Of a DNA stretch of 64,000 nt, positions 48,743 to 57,656 are shown piece after piece. The position numbers were made by a program, and so were the translations under genes. The DNA is from a virus. The stretch lies in IMG/VR virus record IMGVR_UViG_3300028196_000006, positions 27,729-91,728 of that record, one strand, 5' to 3'. Position 1 is the first letter of the stretch. Each line of letters starts with the position of its first letter. Below the pieces are notes generated by a model. That model worked only from the letters and a program-made list of their open reading frames with translations, was not told the origin of the DNA and searched no databases.

Positions 48743-50196
48743 GATGTAAAATTATAATCACAGATGAAGTCAATGTAAAAATTGAAGGATTGCCTGTTGA
48801 TGTTAGAAGAAAGATTGCTAACAAACTAAAATTTTCAGTTCCTTATGCAAGGTACTTACCACAATACAAACTAGGACGATGGGATGGTAAGGTTGGTTTC
48901 TTTGGTTTAGGTGGTAATGGATACGTTAATCATTTGGATAAAATTATAGAATATCTTAACGAATCGGGTGTTGAGATAGAAGAAGTAGATGACAAAAGAG
49001 AAAAGTTTGATTTAACATTTGATAAAGTTACTAAAGATTTTTTTGCAAGTAAGTCGTGGCCCAAAGGTCACATATGCGAAGGTCAACCAATCGAACTGAG
49101 AGATTATCAAGTTGATGTAATTAATAATTTTATTAAAGAACCACAAAGTTTACAGGAAGTTGCCACTGGTGCTGGTAAAACAATTATCACAGCGGCATTG
49201 AGTAGTATATGCGAAAAATTTGGACGTACTCTAGTAATTGTGCCCAACAAAGGTCTTGTGACTCAAACAGAAGAAGATTATATCAATGTTGGTTTAGATG
49301 TTGGTGTTTACTTTGGAGATAGAAAAGAATTAAACCGTACACACACAATTTGTACTTGGCAAAGTTTAAATGTTTTAGATAAAAAATCTAAAGCAGGCGA
49401 ATCTGTTTTGACATTGTCTGATTTTTTAGAAGGTGTTAAAACTGTTATTATAGACGAAGTTCACCAAGCAAAAGCAGAAGTTCTTAAAAAATTATTAACA
49501 CAGCATCTAAAAAATGCTCCTGTAAGATGGGGGTTAACAGGCACAGTGCCTAAAGAACAATTTGAATTTCAAAGTATATTAGCAAGTATAGGTCCTGTTG
49601 TTAATCAAATATCAGCAAAAGAATTGCAAGACAAGGGTGTATTATCTACATGTCATGTGAATGTTGTACAACTGATCGATACCGAAGTTTATACAAATTA
49701 TCAAGAAGAATTAAAATACTTGGTCACTAATGAAAAAAGAATAGAATACATTGGCAAGATGATTAATAAAATTAAAAGCGGAGGAAACACTCTTGTGTTA
49801 GTTGATAGATTAACAGCAGGAAAGAGCTTGAGCGAAATAGTAGATGATAGTGTGTTTATTCAAGGAGAAACCAAGTTAGTAGATAGAAAAGAAACTTACG
49901 ATACAATCAAAGAAGGCACTAACAAAGTTATCATAGCAACTTATGGTGTAGCCAGTGTGGGTATTAACATACCAAGAATATTCAATCTAATATTAATTGA
50001 GCCAGGCAAGTCGTTTGTTAGGGTGATTCAATCAATTGGAAGAGGCATACGTAAGGCAGAAGACAAAGACTTTGTGCAGATATGGGACTTAACTTCAAGT
50101 TGTAAATTTGCTAAAAGACATTTAACACATAGAAAAAAATTTTATAAGGATGCAAATTATCCTTTTACAATAGAAAAGTTGGATTGGACAAAATGA
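48739..50196 (+). CDS. uvsW: SF2 DNA helicase
   Basis: WDGK, LRDYQ, ATGAGKT, IDEVH, GLTGT, GINIP, QSIGRGIR. Confidence 0.9.
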   Translation: MRCKIIITDEVNVKIEGLPVDVRRKIANKLKFSVPYARYLPQYKLGRWDGKVGFFGLGGNGYVNHLDKIIEYLNESGVEIEEVDDKREKFDLTFDKVTKDFFASKSWPKGHICEGQPIELRDYQVDVINNFIKEPQSLQEVATGAGKTIITAALSSICEKFGRTLVIVPNKGLVTQTEEDYINVGLDVGVYFGDRKELNRTHTICTWQSLNVLDKKSKAGESVLTLSDFLEGVKTVIIDEVHQAKAEVLKKLLTQHLKNAPVRWGLTGTVPKEQFEFQSILASIGPVVNQISAKELQDKGVLSTCHVNVVQLIDTEVYTNYQEELKYLVTNEKRIEYIGKMINKIKSGGNTLVLVDRLTAGKSLSEIVDDSVFIQGETKLVDRKETYDTIKEGTNKVIIATYGVASVGINIPRIFNLILIEPGKSFVRVIQSIGRGIRKAEDKDFVQIWDLTSSCKFAKRHLTHRKKFYKDANYPFTIEKLDWTK

Positions 50197-51017
50197 GAAT
50201 AGCAGGAGCACAAATACCAGTAACAAATGATGTGAAAACAAATGCTGAAGCAATAATGAAAGCATGCGAATGGGCAGTAGAAAACAAAGTAGATTATTTG
50301 TTTACACCTGAAACATCATTGAGTGGATACAACACACCAGCATTTACTTTGAACACTTGCAAAGAAACTGAAGATGCAATGGCAAAATTAGTAGAGTATG
50401 CTTCAAACAACAAGTTGGGATTGATCATAGGAACACTTTGGTTAGACGATAAAGATAAAATTAATGGTGCTTACTTTGGATTCAAATCAAATCAATTAAG
50501 ATTTTACAATCAAGAAGGAGAATACATTGGGTCTACGAAAAAAACTAAAATTGTAAGTTTTGATTCAGATTGTGAAAAAGAAACTAAAACTCCAGTTATT
50601 ACACTTACAGCAGGAGAAGAAAAAATGAAAATTGGTGCTCTTATCTGTAATGATCTTGTAGGAAATTATTATTGGGGAGGCGAAAATCTTGCTAGTAAAC
50701 TTAAACAAGAAGAAGTTGCTTTAATAATTCATGCCAGTAACACACAAAAAGATCAAGGCAAACACATCAAATTAATACATGACAAATTTCATGACGCTTG
50801 TATGCAGTTTGTATCATATGCCACTAACACACCAATATTAAGTGTTGATAATCCTTGGCATATACATGGCTCAGAGTCAGAAGACGGTACATCGTTTACA
50901 TCAGGAATTTATCTTCCATTAGAGGCAAAATATCAGGCACCCAAGACAGGCACTCACTACTTTTATTACGATCACAGCGACATAACTCATTCATTTATGG
51001 AAGGAACAAACAAATGA
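50193..51017 (+). CDS. carbon-nitrogen hydrolase (nitrilase superfamily)
   Basis: IAGAQ, FTPETSLSGY (Glu), KTK (Lys), LICND (Cys) catalytic triad. Confidence 0.82.
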   Translation: MRIAGAQIPVTNDVKTNAEAIMKACEWAVENKVDYLFTPETSLSGYNTPAFTLNTCKETEDAMAKLVEYASNNKLGLIIGTLWLDDKDKINGAYFGFKSNQLRFYNQEGEYIGSTKKTKIVSFDSDCEKETKTPVITLTAGEEKMKIGALICNDLVGNYYWGGENLASKLKQEEVALIIHASNTQKDQGKHIKLIHDKFHDACMQFVSYATNTPILSVDNPWHIHGSESEDGTSFTSGIYLPLEAKYQAPKTGTHYFYYDHSDITHSFMEGTNK

Positions 51018-51520
51018 AAATATTAACAGTGGAAAATACTACATACGATCTAGACAAGATGCCGCACACAGTATCAGACGATATGGCATTCAGTGTGTTA
51101 GATAACAGTAATCCAAAAGAACCAGATTTCTTTTTCTTGCCATTAATTTACATTGAATCTTTCAATGCTCCGGCAATAGTTTTAGATATTGGTGGTAAAG
51201 AGATTACTATGCCATTAGATTGGAGCATAGCCGTGGGAGACAAAGAAGACAGTAACACAGTTGAAGTTGTGCCGTTAACCAGTATTGCAGACAGAGGATT
51301 CTCAGCATTTATTTTTAATCCGTTAACTGGATTCAAAGCAGACTTTTTTGAAGTTAATGTTATAAATTTTTACAACGATGTTAAATGGTATTTTCCAAAA
51401 ATAAAAAACAATCAACTGCTATCAATACCGTTAACAAATACAAAAAAACCAGATTGTGCTTTTTTTGTAAAAGATATTTCAAGACAGTGTGAAAGTATAG
51501 AATACACGTCATTATTATAA
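51014..51520 (+). CDS. hypothetical protein
   Basis: Start MKILTVEN with ATGA overlap; beta-rich. Confidence 0.6.
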   Translation: MKILTVENTTYDLDKMPHTVSDDMAFSVLDNSNPKEPDFFFLPLIYIESFNAPAIVLDIGGKEITMPLDWSIAVGDKEDSNTVEVVPLTSIADRGFSAFIFNPLTGFKADFFEVNVINFYNDVKWYFPKIKNNQLLSIPLTNTKKPDCAFFVKDISRQCESIEYTSLL

Positions 51521-51768
51521 TGCCAAAAAAAAAAGAACCTGCAATGATTTACGAGAGTCCCGATGGCGGAGCAACAGTGTATGCACGACCAATTAATGGC
51601 AAAGGTGAGCGGGTGTTGATTGAAGAACCAAAATACCCAGACTGGCATTTGACAGAATTAGAGATAAGCCAAGTTGTAGATTATGCATCTGAAGGAAACA
51701 AGTCTTTACAAATACAGTTAAAGAAGTTAAAATTAATATATAATTTAATTAGAGAAGACAGATGGTAA
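51520..51768 (+). CDS. hypothetical protein
   Basis: IYESPDGGATVYAR; translationally coupled. Confidence 0.6.
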   Translation: MPKKKEPAMIYESPDGGATVYARPINGKGERVLIEEPKYPDWHLTELEISQVVDYASEGNKSLQIQLKKLKLIYNLIREDRW

Positions 51769-52241
51769 ACAACACTAACAAACTACCTTTAAAAGATATA
51801 TTGGCGGCTATCGACATGAATGCTAAAAATGTATGGAACGACTTGTCTGATGACGAACGCAAACAGGTATCGTTTTATCTGTTGAACAGATATGCCAGTG
51901 CTATCAAAGGTACATCAGAAGAAAAACAATTACAAATATTTAAAACAAATCAGTATTACAATAAACATTTTTTTACATTATCCAAACACAAAAAACTATT
52001 ATGGTATTTGCTTTGCATGACTGCTAATGATACGAAATCAATAAAATATCACGAATGGATTGGATACAAACAAAAAGGTAGTAACAGTACAGCAAAAGCA
52101 ATGAAGTTTTTAGAAAAATTATATCCATCTAGAAAACAAGACGAATTAAGATTACTGGCAAGCATCAACTCAACTAAAGAATTAAAACAGTTAGCAGAAG
52201 ATTCAGGAATGACGAAAGAACAAATTAAGAAAACATTTTAA
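51762..52241 (+). CDS. clamp-loader small subunit-like (T4 gp62-like)
   Basis: DILAAID...FYLLNRY...NQYYN...HKKL.WYLL...HEWI. Confidence 0.5.
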   Translation: MVNNTNKLPLKDILAAIDMNAKNVWNDLSDDERKQVSFYLLNRYASAIKGTSEEKQLQIFKTNQYYNKHFFTLSKHKKLLWYLLCMTANDTKSIKYHEWIGYKQKGSNSTAKAMKFLEKLYPSRKQDELRLLASINSTKELKQLAEDSGMTKEQIKKTF

Positions 52242-52924
52242 TGATTGAAAAACTTTATTCGTGCAAATACTGTAATGCAAAATTTGCCAAAGAAAAAACT
52301 TTATCAGTGCATATGTGTGAACAAAAACGAAGATTTGTACAAAAAGATGAACGTAGAGTACAACTAGGATATCAAACATTTATGAGATTTTATGAACTAT
52401 GTCAAAAATCTAGTAAATCAAAATCGTATGAAGACTTTTGTAAGTCTCCTTATTATACAGCATTTGTAAAATTTGGCAGTTTTATCAGTAATGTTAAGCC
52501 GTTGTATCCAAACAAGTATATCGATTATGTTGTTACATCTGGCGTAAAACTAGATCATTGGTGCAGAGAAGAAATGTATTTGAAATATGCAGGAGATTTA
52601 ATTTTAAGAGAACCGGTTGAAACAGCCATGGAAAGATCAATCAAAACTATGATGGATTGGGGAGACGAAAAACAAGCACCATGGGGAGATTATTTTAGAT
52701 ATGCAAGTCTAAACAGAGCAGTAATTGATATTAAAGACGGAAAGATATCTCCTTGGTTGATATTAAATTGTAAAAGCGGTAAAGTTATGATGAAGAAATT
52801 TAATGATGAACAATTACAGATTGTGTATCCGGTGATGGATCCATCACATTGGGCATTAAGATTTAAGCGATTACCAGCAGATATTGAAATGATAAAAGAA
52901 ATTGTAAAGGAGGCAGGACTATGA
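52241..52924 (+). CDS. hypothetical protein with N-terminal Zn finger
   Basis: CKYC...F..E..L..H.C. Confidence 0.6.
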   Translation: MIEKLYSCKYCNAKFAKEKTLSVHMCEQKRRFVQKDERRVQLGYQTFMRFYELCQKSSKSKSYEDFCKSPYYTAFVKFGSFISNVKPLYPNKYIDYVVTSGVKLDHWCREEMYLKYAGDLILREPVETAMERSIKTMMDWGDEKQAPWGDYFRYASLNRAVIDIKDGKISPWLILNCKSGKVMMKKFNDEQLQIVYPVMDPSHWALRFKRLPADIEMIKEIVKEAGL

Positions 52925-53574
52925 TCAAAGAACACAATGTTGTTCCATTGTTTGGAATACCACTTTGTCAAACACAAATACAACCATATGAAGAAAGTGA
53001 AAACTTTCTAAAAGAAAAAATAGAATATGTTGAACGATCACACAAAGTATCATACATATCTAAAGATGATTACGTACTAGATAATGAAAACTTGATGCCA
53101 CTCAAAAATGAAATTGAAACTCAGGTAAGCGAATTTATGCATGGATATTTAGACATACACGAAAAGCATAGATTTATTATCACAACAAGTTGGTGTAATA
53201 GATATGAACATAATCATTTTATACAAGAACATTATCATAGTAACAGTTTAATATCCGGAGTATTATTTTTATCAGACTGTCAAGACACAGCAAATATTGT
53301 ATTTCATAAAGATAAAAATCATACAAATATTTTTACTGATACAGTAAAATTAGATCACAAAGATGAATTCGATTATGTTAACAAAAGAAGTTATCTATAT
53401 CATCAATCTAAAATGGCAATTAGTCCAAAGAAATGGGATTTAGTTATGTTTCCAAGTTTTTTAAATCACAGTGTTGAAGCCAACACTAGCACAACTAATG
53501 TAAGACACACACTGTCATTTAATGTTTGGGTTAAAGGTGAAATAGGTGGCGGACACAGTAAATTGGTATTATAA
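52921..53574 (+). CDS. putative 2OG-Fe(II) oxygenase (TIGR02466-like; paralog of 17603)
   Basis: SWCN...HYHSNSLISGV...MFPSFLNHSV...R.TLSFN. Confidence 0.8.
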   Translation: MIKEHNVVPLFGIPLCQTQIQPYEESENFLKEKIEYVERSHKVSYISKDDYVLDNENLMPLKNEIETQVSEFMHGYLDIHEKHRFIITTSWCNRYEHNHFIQEHYHSNSLISGVLFLSDCQDTANIVFHKDKNHTNIFTDTVKLDHKDEFDYVNKRSYLYHQSKMAISPKKWDLVMFPSFLNHSVEANTSTTNVRHTLSFNVWVKGEIGGGHSKLVL

Positions 53575-54131
53575 TGTTTGATGTAGATATAGACTTTGCA
53601 GATAGAAATGTGTTATTAGAAAAACTAAAACACAGAGTAGCCAAATTAGAAAATGGTAAAAAGCACAATACTGGTGTTTACTTTACAGAGATACCGCATG
53701 ACCCTGCAACTAATCTATCTACTTTAGATTATGAAACTGCTGAAGATAGAAACTATTTTAAATTGGATTGCTTAAATGTAAGTATATACAAAAATGTAAA
53801 AGACAACGATCACTTAAACAAATTAATGACAACAAAACCAGTATGGGAATTATTAGAAGCCAAAGAATTTAGTGATCAAGTTTTCCACTTGAACGGACAT
53901 AATGATATTTTAAAAACATTAAAGCCAAAAAATATAGAACAATTGGCGGCTGTGTTGGCAATTATACGACCTAGCAAAAGATATCTACTCAATAAAGATT
54001 GGGACACAATAATGAAAGAAGTTTGGATTAAACCAACTGACGACAAATACTTTTTTAAGAAATCACACGCAACATCCTACGCATTCGCAGTGGTGGTACA
54101 CATGAATCTTATCTGTGAACAATTAACTTGA
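53574..54131 (+). CDS. minimal DNA polymerase III alpha (DnaE)-like catalytic protein
   Basis: FDVDIDF, KHNTGVY, FKLDCL, LAAVLAIIRP, FKKSHATSYA appear in DnaE order within 185 aa. Confidence 0.8.
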   Translation: MFDVDIDFADRNVLLEKLKHRVAKLENGKKHNTGVYFTEIPHDPATNLSTLDYETAEDRNYFKLDCLNVSIYKNVKDNDHLNKLMTTKPVWELLEAKEFSDQVFHLNGHNDILKTLKPKNIEQLAAVLAIIRPSKRYLLNKDWDTIMKEVWIKPTDDKYFFKKSHATSYAFAVVVHMNLICEQLT

Positions 54132-54497
54132 TTATTTAGGTTTACGAACTAGTTGAACTGATTTTCTCTTACTTCGTTTCATAGCAAGATTGTTAAGACT
54201 TGTGACAGGACCTATCTTTACATTGACATCTTTCGTGTTCATCATCATCAAACACTCGCGAAATTTGATTAATTCTTTACGTAAAAATATACCCATTGGG
54301 ATCATTCTGTTGCTTTCCCACCACCAAGTTTGACATAAACTCATAAACTCTTCCTTGGCATTTGCATGTATTTCTTCGTACACATAAATGGAGGTGATGG
54401 AGTTATCTTGGTTGTTGATTACCCCAACATACTCTTTTCCGCCGTATTCGACGACTGAGATAAACGGAAAGTTCTTTTCGATGTCGTTTAATAGCAT
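54132..54497 (-). CDS. hypothetical protein
   Basis: 121-aa ORF (YVGVINNQD, WWWESNRMIP) filling the gap. Confidence 0.6.
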   Translation of the reverse strand: MLLNDIEKNFPFISVVEYGGKEYVGVINNQDNSITSIYVYEEIHANAKEEFMSLCQTWWWESNRMIPMGIFLRKELIKFRECLMMMNTKDVNVKIGPVTSLNNLAMKRSKRKSVQLVRKPK

Positions 54498-54523
54498 TTT
54501 AATATCAATAAATACATAAGATT

Positions 54524-55309
54524 ATGCAACTTGTTTCGAAATATTTATTAAATAACAATGTAACTCTTACCGCAAACCTGGCAGGAGAAATAACGGAGTA
54601 TAGATCAGTGTATCAAAGAAATTTAAACATCGCTAAAGGAATAGACAACCCAATTCAGTTCAATGTGCTTAATGCAGATCAGAAACCTGTATCTATATTG
54701 AACACATATACGCCCAAGTTTCAATTGTATGATGAAAATAACAGATTAATAGTATCAAGAGACGGTACTGTGATTGAAACTTCTACTCCCAGCAAAGTGG
54801 GACATTTCACAGTTACAATAACAGAAAATGACTTATTAAACATTAAATCACAATACATGCACTACACAGTGTATCTACAAAAAAATTCTGATTCAACAAA
54901 AACTATATTGCACAGTGGTGTAAATTTTGAAAATAAAGGCACAGTGTACATCAGCACAGAAGAGTTCCCAGGTCCAGTTGACTCGTACTCTGTGACAACA
55001 TTCATCGAAGACAACCCAGGTTCGGGTGTGTTCGTTTCAGAAACAGTAACAGCAGAACCAACCATAAATGGTAATTCAGCATTGCACACTGTGGCTTATT
55101 ATCTTGACGAAGCAGTTGGTGACATAGTTGTACAAGGCACCCTTGCCAATCAGATTGATGGAAACACATTTTGGACAGACATTAATACATTCGCATCCAC
55201 AGATGCAAATAACTTGAAATATGTAAACTTCAATGGAGTGTACAGTTATTTGAGATTCAAACACACACTGACTTCTGGTAGTGTTACCAAAATATTAATT
55301 CGAAATTAA
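54524..55309 (+). CDS. hypothetical protein, probably structural (Ig/BppU-like N-terminus)
   Basis: KGIDNPIQF.VLNADQKP; ATAAATA at 54508-54514. Confidence 0.55.
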   Translation: MQLVSKYLLNNNVTLTANLAGEITEYRSVYQRNLNIAKGIDNPIQFNVLNADQKPVSILNTYTPKFQLYDENNRLIVSRDGTVIETSTPSKVGHFTVTITENDLLNIKSQYMHYTVYLQKNSDSTKTILHSGVNFENKGTVYISTEEFPGPVDSYSVTTFIEDNPGSGVFVSETVTAEPTINGNSALHTVAYYLDEAVGDIVVQGTLANQIDGNTFWTDINTFASTDANNLKYVNFNGVYSYLRFKHTLTSGSVTKILIRN

Positions 55310-55338
55310 TTGACTTTTATCACATTTTAACTTATAAT
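55310..55338 (+). promoter_or_regulatory. sigma70-type promoter TTGACT-N17-TATAAT
   Basis: The -10 box ends 6 nt before primase ATG 55345. Confidence 0.75.
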
Positions 55339-55344
55339 AACAGC

Positions 55345-56349
55345 ATGAACATTGTGCTTGACGTTTTACAAACTTATCTTCCTGCCAAAAGAAAACAAAC
55401 ACCCAGTGGTTGGGTGGCTTTTAATGCACCGTGTTGTGGACACAATGGAACAACTCCTGACACTAGACAAAGAGGTGGATTGATTGCTAAGGCAGACGAG
55501 AGTGTGAGTTTTCATTGTTTCAACTGTGGATTTAAAACGAGTTGGCGTATTGGGAGAAACTTATCTTATAAAATGAAAAAATTTATGAGGTGGTTGAATA
55601 TGCCCGATGATGTAATCACAAAACTAGCACTTCAAGTTTTACAACAAAAGACAGATGATACAGGATTCAAGTCAATTGTCACACTTCCAAAATTTACAAT
55701 TAAAGAACTTCCGCCCAAAGCAAAACCAATATACGAGTGGGCAACATACAAAGATTTAGAACCCAGTGGAGTTGATAAAGATTTATTTTCTGTGATGGAA
55801 TACATTGCTAAAAGAAAATTAACACTCGATGATTATGATTTTTACTGGAGTCCTGAAGCAGGATTTAGAGATAGATTAATCATACCTTTTATTCATCAAT
55901 CAAAAATTGTGGGATACACAGCCAGGAAAGTTGTGGAAAGCAAAGTGAAATATTTGTCAGAACAACAACCAGGATATGTGTTTAACACAGATGCACAAGA
56001 TGATGATAGAAAATATATTGTAGCAATGGAAGGACCTATCGATGCTATTGCCGTTGACGGGATTGCGTTACTGGGTAGTGAAATTAAAGAACAACAATCA
56101 ACATTGGTAAACAGTTTAGGAAAACATGTGATTGTGGTTCCTGACAGAGATGAAGCAGGACAAAAATTAGTTTGGGATAGTTTCGAAGCAGGCTGGAGTG
56201 TGAGTATGCCGGATTGGGACCAAGATGTCAAAGACGTCAACGATGCTGTGTGTAAATATGGTAGACTTCATACATTGTATACAATAATAAAGAATGCTGA
56301 AGATTCACAACTAAAAACTAAACTAAGGATGAAAAAATGGTTCGCATAA
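55345..56349 (+). CDS. DNA primase (T4 gp61-like)
   Basis: Zn ribbon (PCC...HCFNCG), RLIIPF, GYTAR, TOPRIM EGPIDA...PDRDEAG, KDVND. Confidence 0.9.
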   Translation: MNIVLDVLQTYLPAKRKQTPSGWVAFNAPCCGHNGTTPDTRQRGGLIAKADESVSFHCFNCGFKTSWRIGRNLSYKMKKFMRWLNMPDDVITKLALQVLQQKTDDTGFKSIVTLPKFTIKELPPKAKPIYEWATYKDLEPSGVDKDLFSVMEYIAKRKLTLDDYDFYWSPEAGFRDRLIIPFIHQSKIVGYTARKVVESKVKYLSEQQPGYVFNTDAQDDDRKYIVAMEGPIDAIAVDGIALLGSEIKEQQSTLVNSLGKHVIVVPDRDEAGQKLVWDSFEAGWSVSMPDWDQDVKDVNDAVCKYGRLHTLYTIIKNAEDSQLKTKLRMKKWFA

Positions 56350-56471
56350 AGAATTTTTTAAAAAAAGCGATCTCAATTTTGTTTTTTCCTATCACTAAAC
56401 TTGTAAACTACATCAAGTACAAGAAGAAGATTAGAGAATTGCAAAAGAGAGACCCGTTCATATACAAGTAG
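56337..56471 (+). CDS. small basic protein (44 aa, not in ORF track)
   Basis: Hand translation MVRIKNFLKKAISILFFPITKLVNYIKYKKKIRELQKRDPFIYK*; fills the gap. Confidence 0.6.
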   Translation: MVRIKNFLKKAISILFFPITKLVNYIKYKKKIRELQKRDPFIYK

Positions 56472-56472
56472 A

Positions 56473-56649
56473 ATGTATTACGTTTTAGAAGGAATACATA
56501 AAGACCCAATGGATATGAAAACATTGGACAACAAAACAAAAAAGGAATATGGTCCTATGAATAAAATAAAAGCCAACGAGTTAGCAAAATCGCTGATTCA
56601 AAGAAACATTGATGACTTTTATCACAGAGCATGGGTAATTGAAAGATGA
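56473..56649 (+). CDS. small protein (58 aa, DUF4170-like; not in ORF track)
   Basis: MYYVLEGIHKDP...EYGP...KSLIQRNIDDFYHRAWVIER*; ATGA overlap with the next gene. Confidence 0.6.
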   Translation: MYYVLEGIHKDPMDMKTLDNKTKKEYGPMNKIKANELAKSLIQRNIDDFYHRAWVIER

Positions 56650-57656
56650 TCATTTGGGGAATAACAGGAAATAATCACGATGCCAGTTTGGCAGTGATGG
56701 AATGGAAGGTAAAAGGATTAACGCCTAATTACCATCTTAGATTAAAATGGGCAGGCATGAGCAAAGATTTTAGTGGAGTTGCTGGAGATCCAACGTTGTG
56801 TCCTAAACTGATGGCAGAAGTAAGAGCAAATCCTAAATGGGCCTACCCTGCAAAGATTTATTTTTATGAAAAGCCTTGGAAGAAAACTATGAGACAACTG
56901 ATTGCAGGACAAGGTTGGAAATGGAAAGAAAATGATATTAAAAAGTTTTTGGCAAAATCTGGTGTACACAATGTTCCTATAGAATATGTTGATCATCATC
57001 ATAGCCATGCGGCATATGGATATTACACATCGGGATTTAAAAATGCGGCAGTTATTGTTTTAGATTCGATTGGTGAGTTTGAAACATTTACTATTTGGCA
57101 CGGCAGAGGTACCAGGTTGGAGAAGAAGTACACACAACGTTATCCACACAGCATAGGTTTATTTTATTCAGCAATGACACAAAGATGTGGATTCAAAGCA
57201 AACGCAGAAGAATACAAATTAGAACAATTGGCGAAAAAAGGTAATTGGAGAAAGTATCATAGAATGATGATGGAAGAAATTATAGACACCAGAATGCCTT
57301 TCAAAACAAGAATAAATCTGCATAGAGGTTGTAATTGGTGGAGACCAGAATTAAACACAGAAGAAGACATGGCTGATCTAGCCGCAACTACACAGCACAT
57401 TTTTGAACAAGTGTTGATGTGTGCAAGTTCGTGGATACAGATGCATATCAACACATCAAACATAGTTTTGGTAGGCGGATGTGCATTGAATAAAACTGCT
57501 GTGAGTAAATTAAGTGCAGTTTGGGATGATATATGGGTGCCAACAAATCCTGGTGATCCTGGATCGTGTATAGGTGCAGTGTGTGCCAAATATCAAAAGC
57601 ACATTGACTTTCACGGAGAAATGTGGTATAATAAGGACAATGGTGAAACAAAATAA
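56646..57656 (+). CDS. carbamoyltransferase (NodU/CmcH/TobZ family), Kae1-like domain only
   Basis: NHDASLA, YEKP, HHHSHAA, DSIGE, PHSIGLFYS, GGCALN, PGDPGS.IG; ends without the YrdC-like domain. Confidence 0.8.
   Translation: MIIWGITGNNHDASLAVMEWKVKGLTPNYHLRLKWAGMSKDFSGVAGDPTLCPKLMAEVRANPKWAYPAKIYFYEKPWKKTMRQLIAGQGWKWKENDIKKFLAKSGVHNVPIEYVDHHHSHAAYGYYTSGFKNAAVIVLDSIGEFETFTIWHGRGTRLEKKYTQRYPHSIGLFYSAMTQRCGFKANAEEYKLEQLAKKGNWRKYHRMMMEEIIDTRMPFKTRINLHRGCNWWRPELNTEEDMADLAATTQHIFEQVLMCASSWIQMHINTSNIVLVGGCALNKTAVSKLSAVWDDIWVPTNPGDPGSCIGAVCAKYQKHIDFHGEMWYNKDNGETK
57604..57632 (+). promoter_or_regulatory. sigma70-type promoter TTGACT-N17-TATAAT with extended TG
   Basis: Inside the carbamoyltransferase 3' end; 7 nt before helicase ATG 57640. 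Confidence 0.72.

Noticed and set aside
10078-57640. Longest-ORF starts in the track (10078, 14254, 16708, 16819, 19180, 26722, 43254, 48706, 50855, 57574)
   Set aside because: They overlap neighbouring genes or promoters. Downstream ATGs fit promoter spacing or ATGA coupling better.
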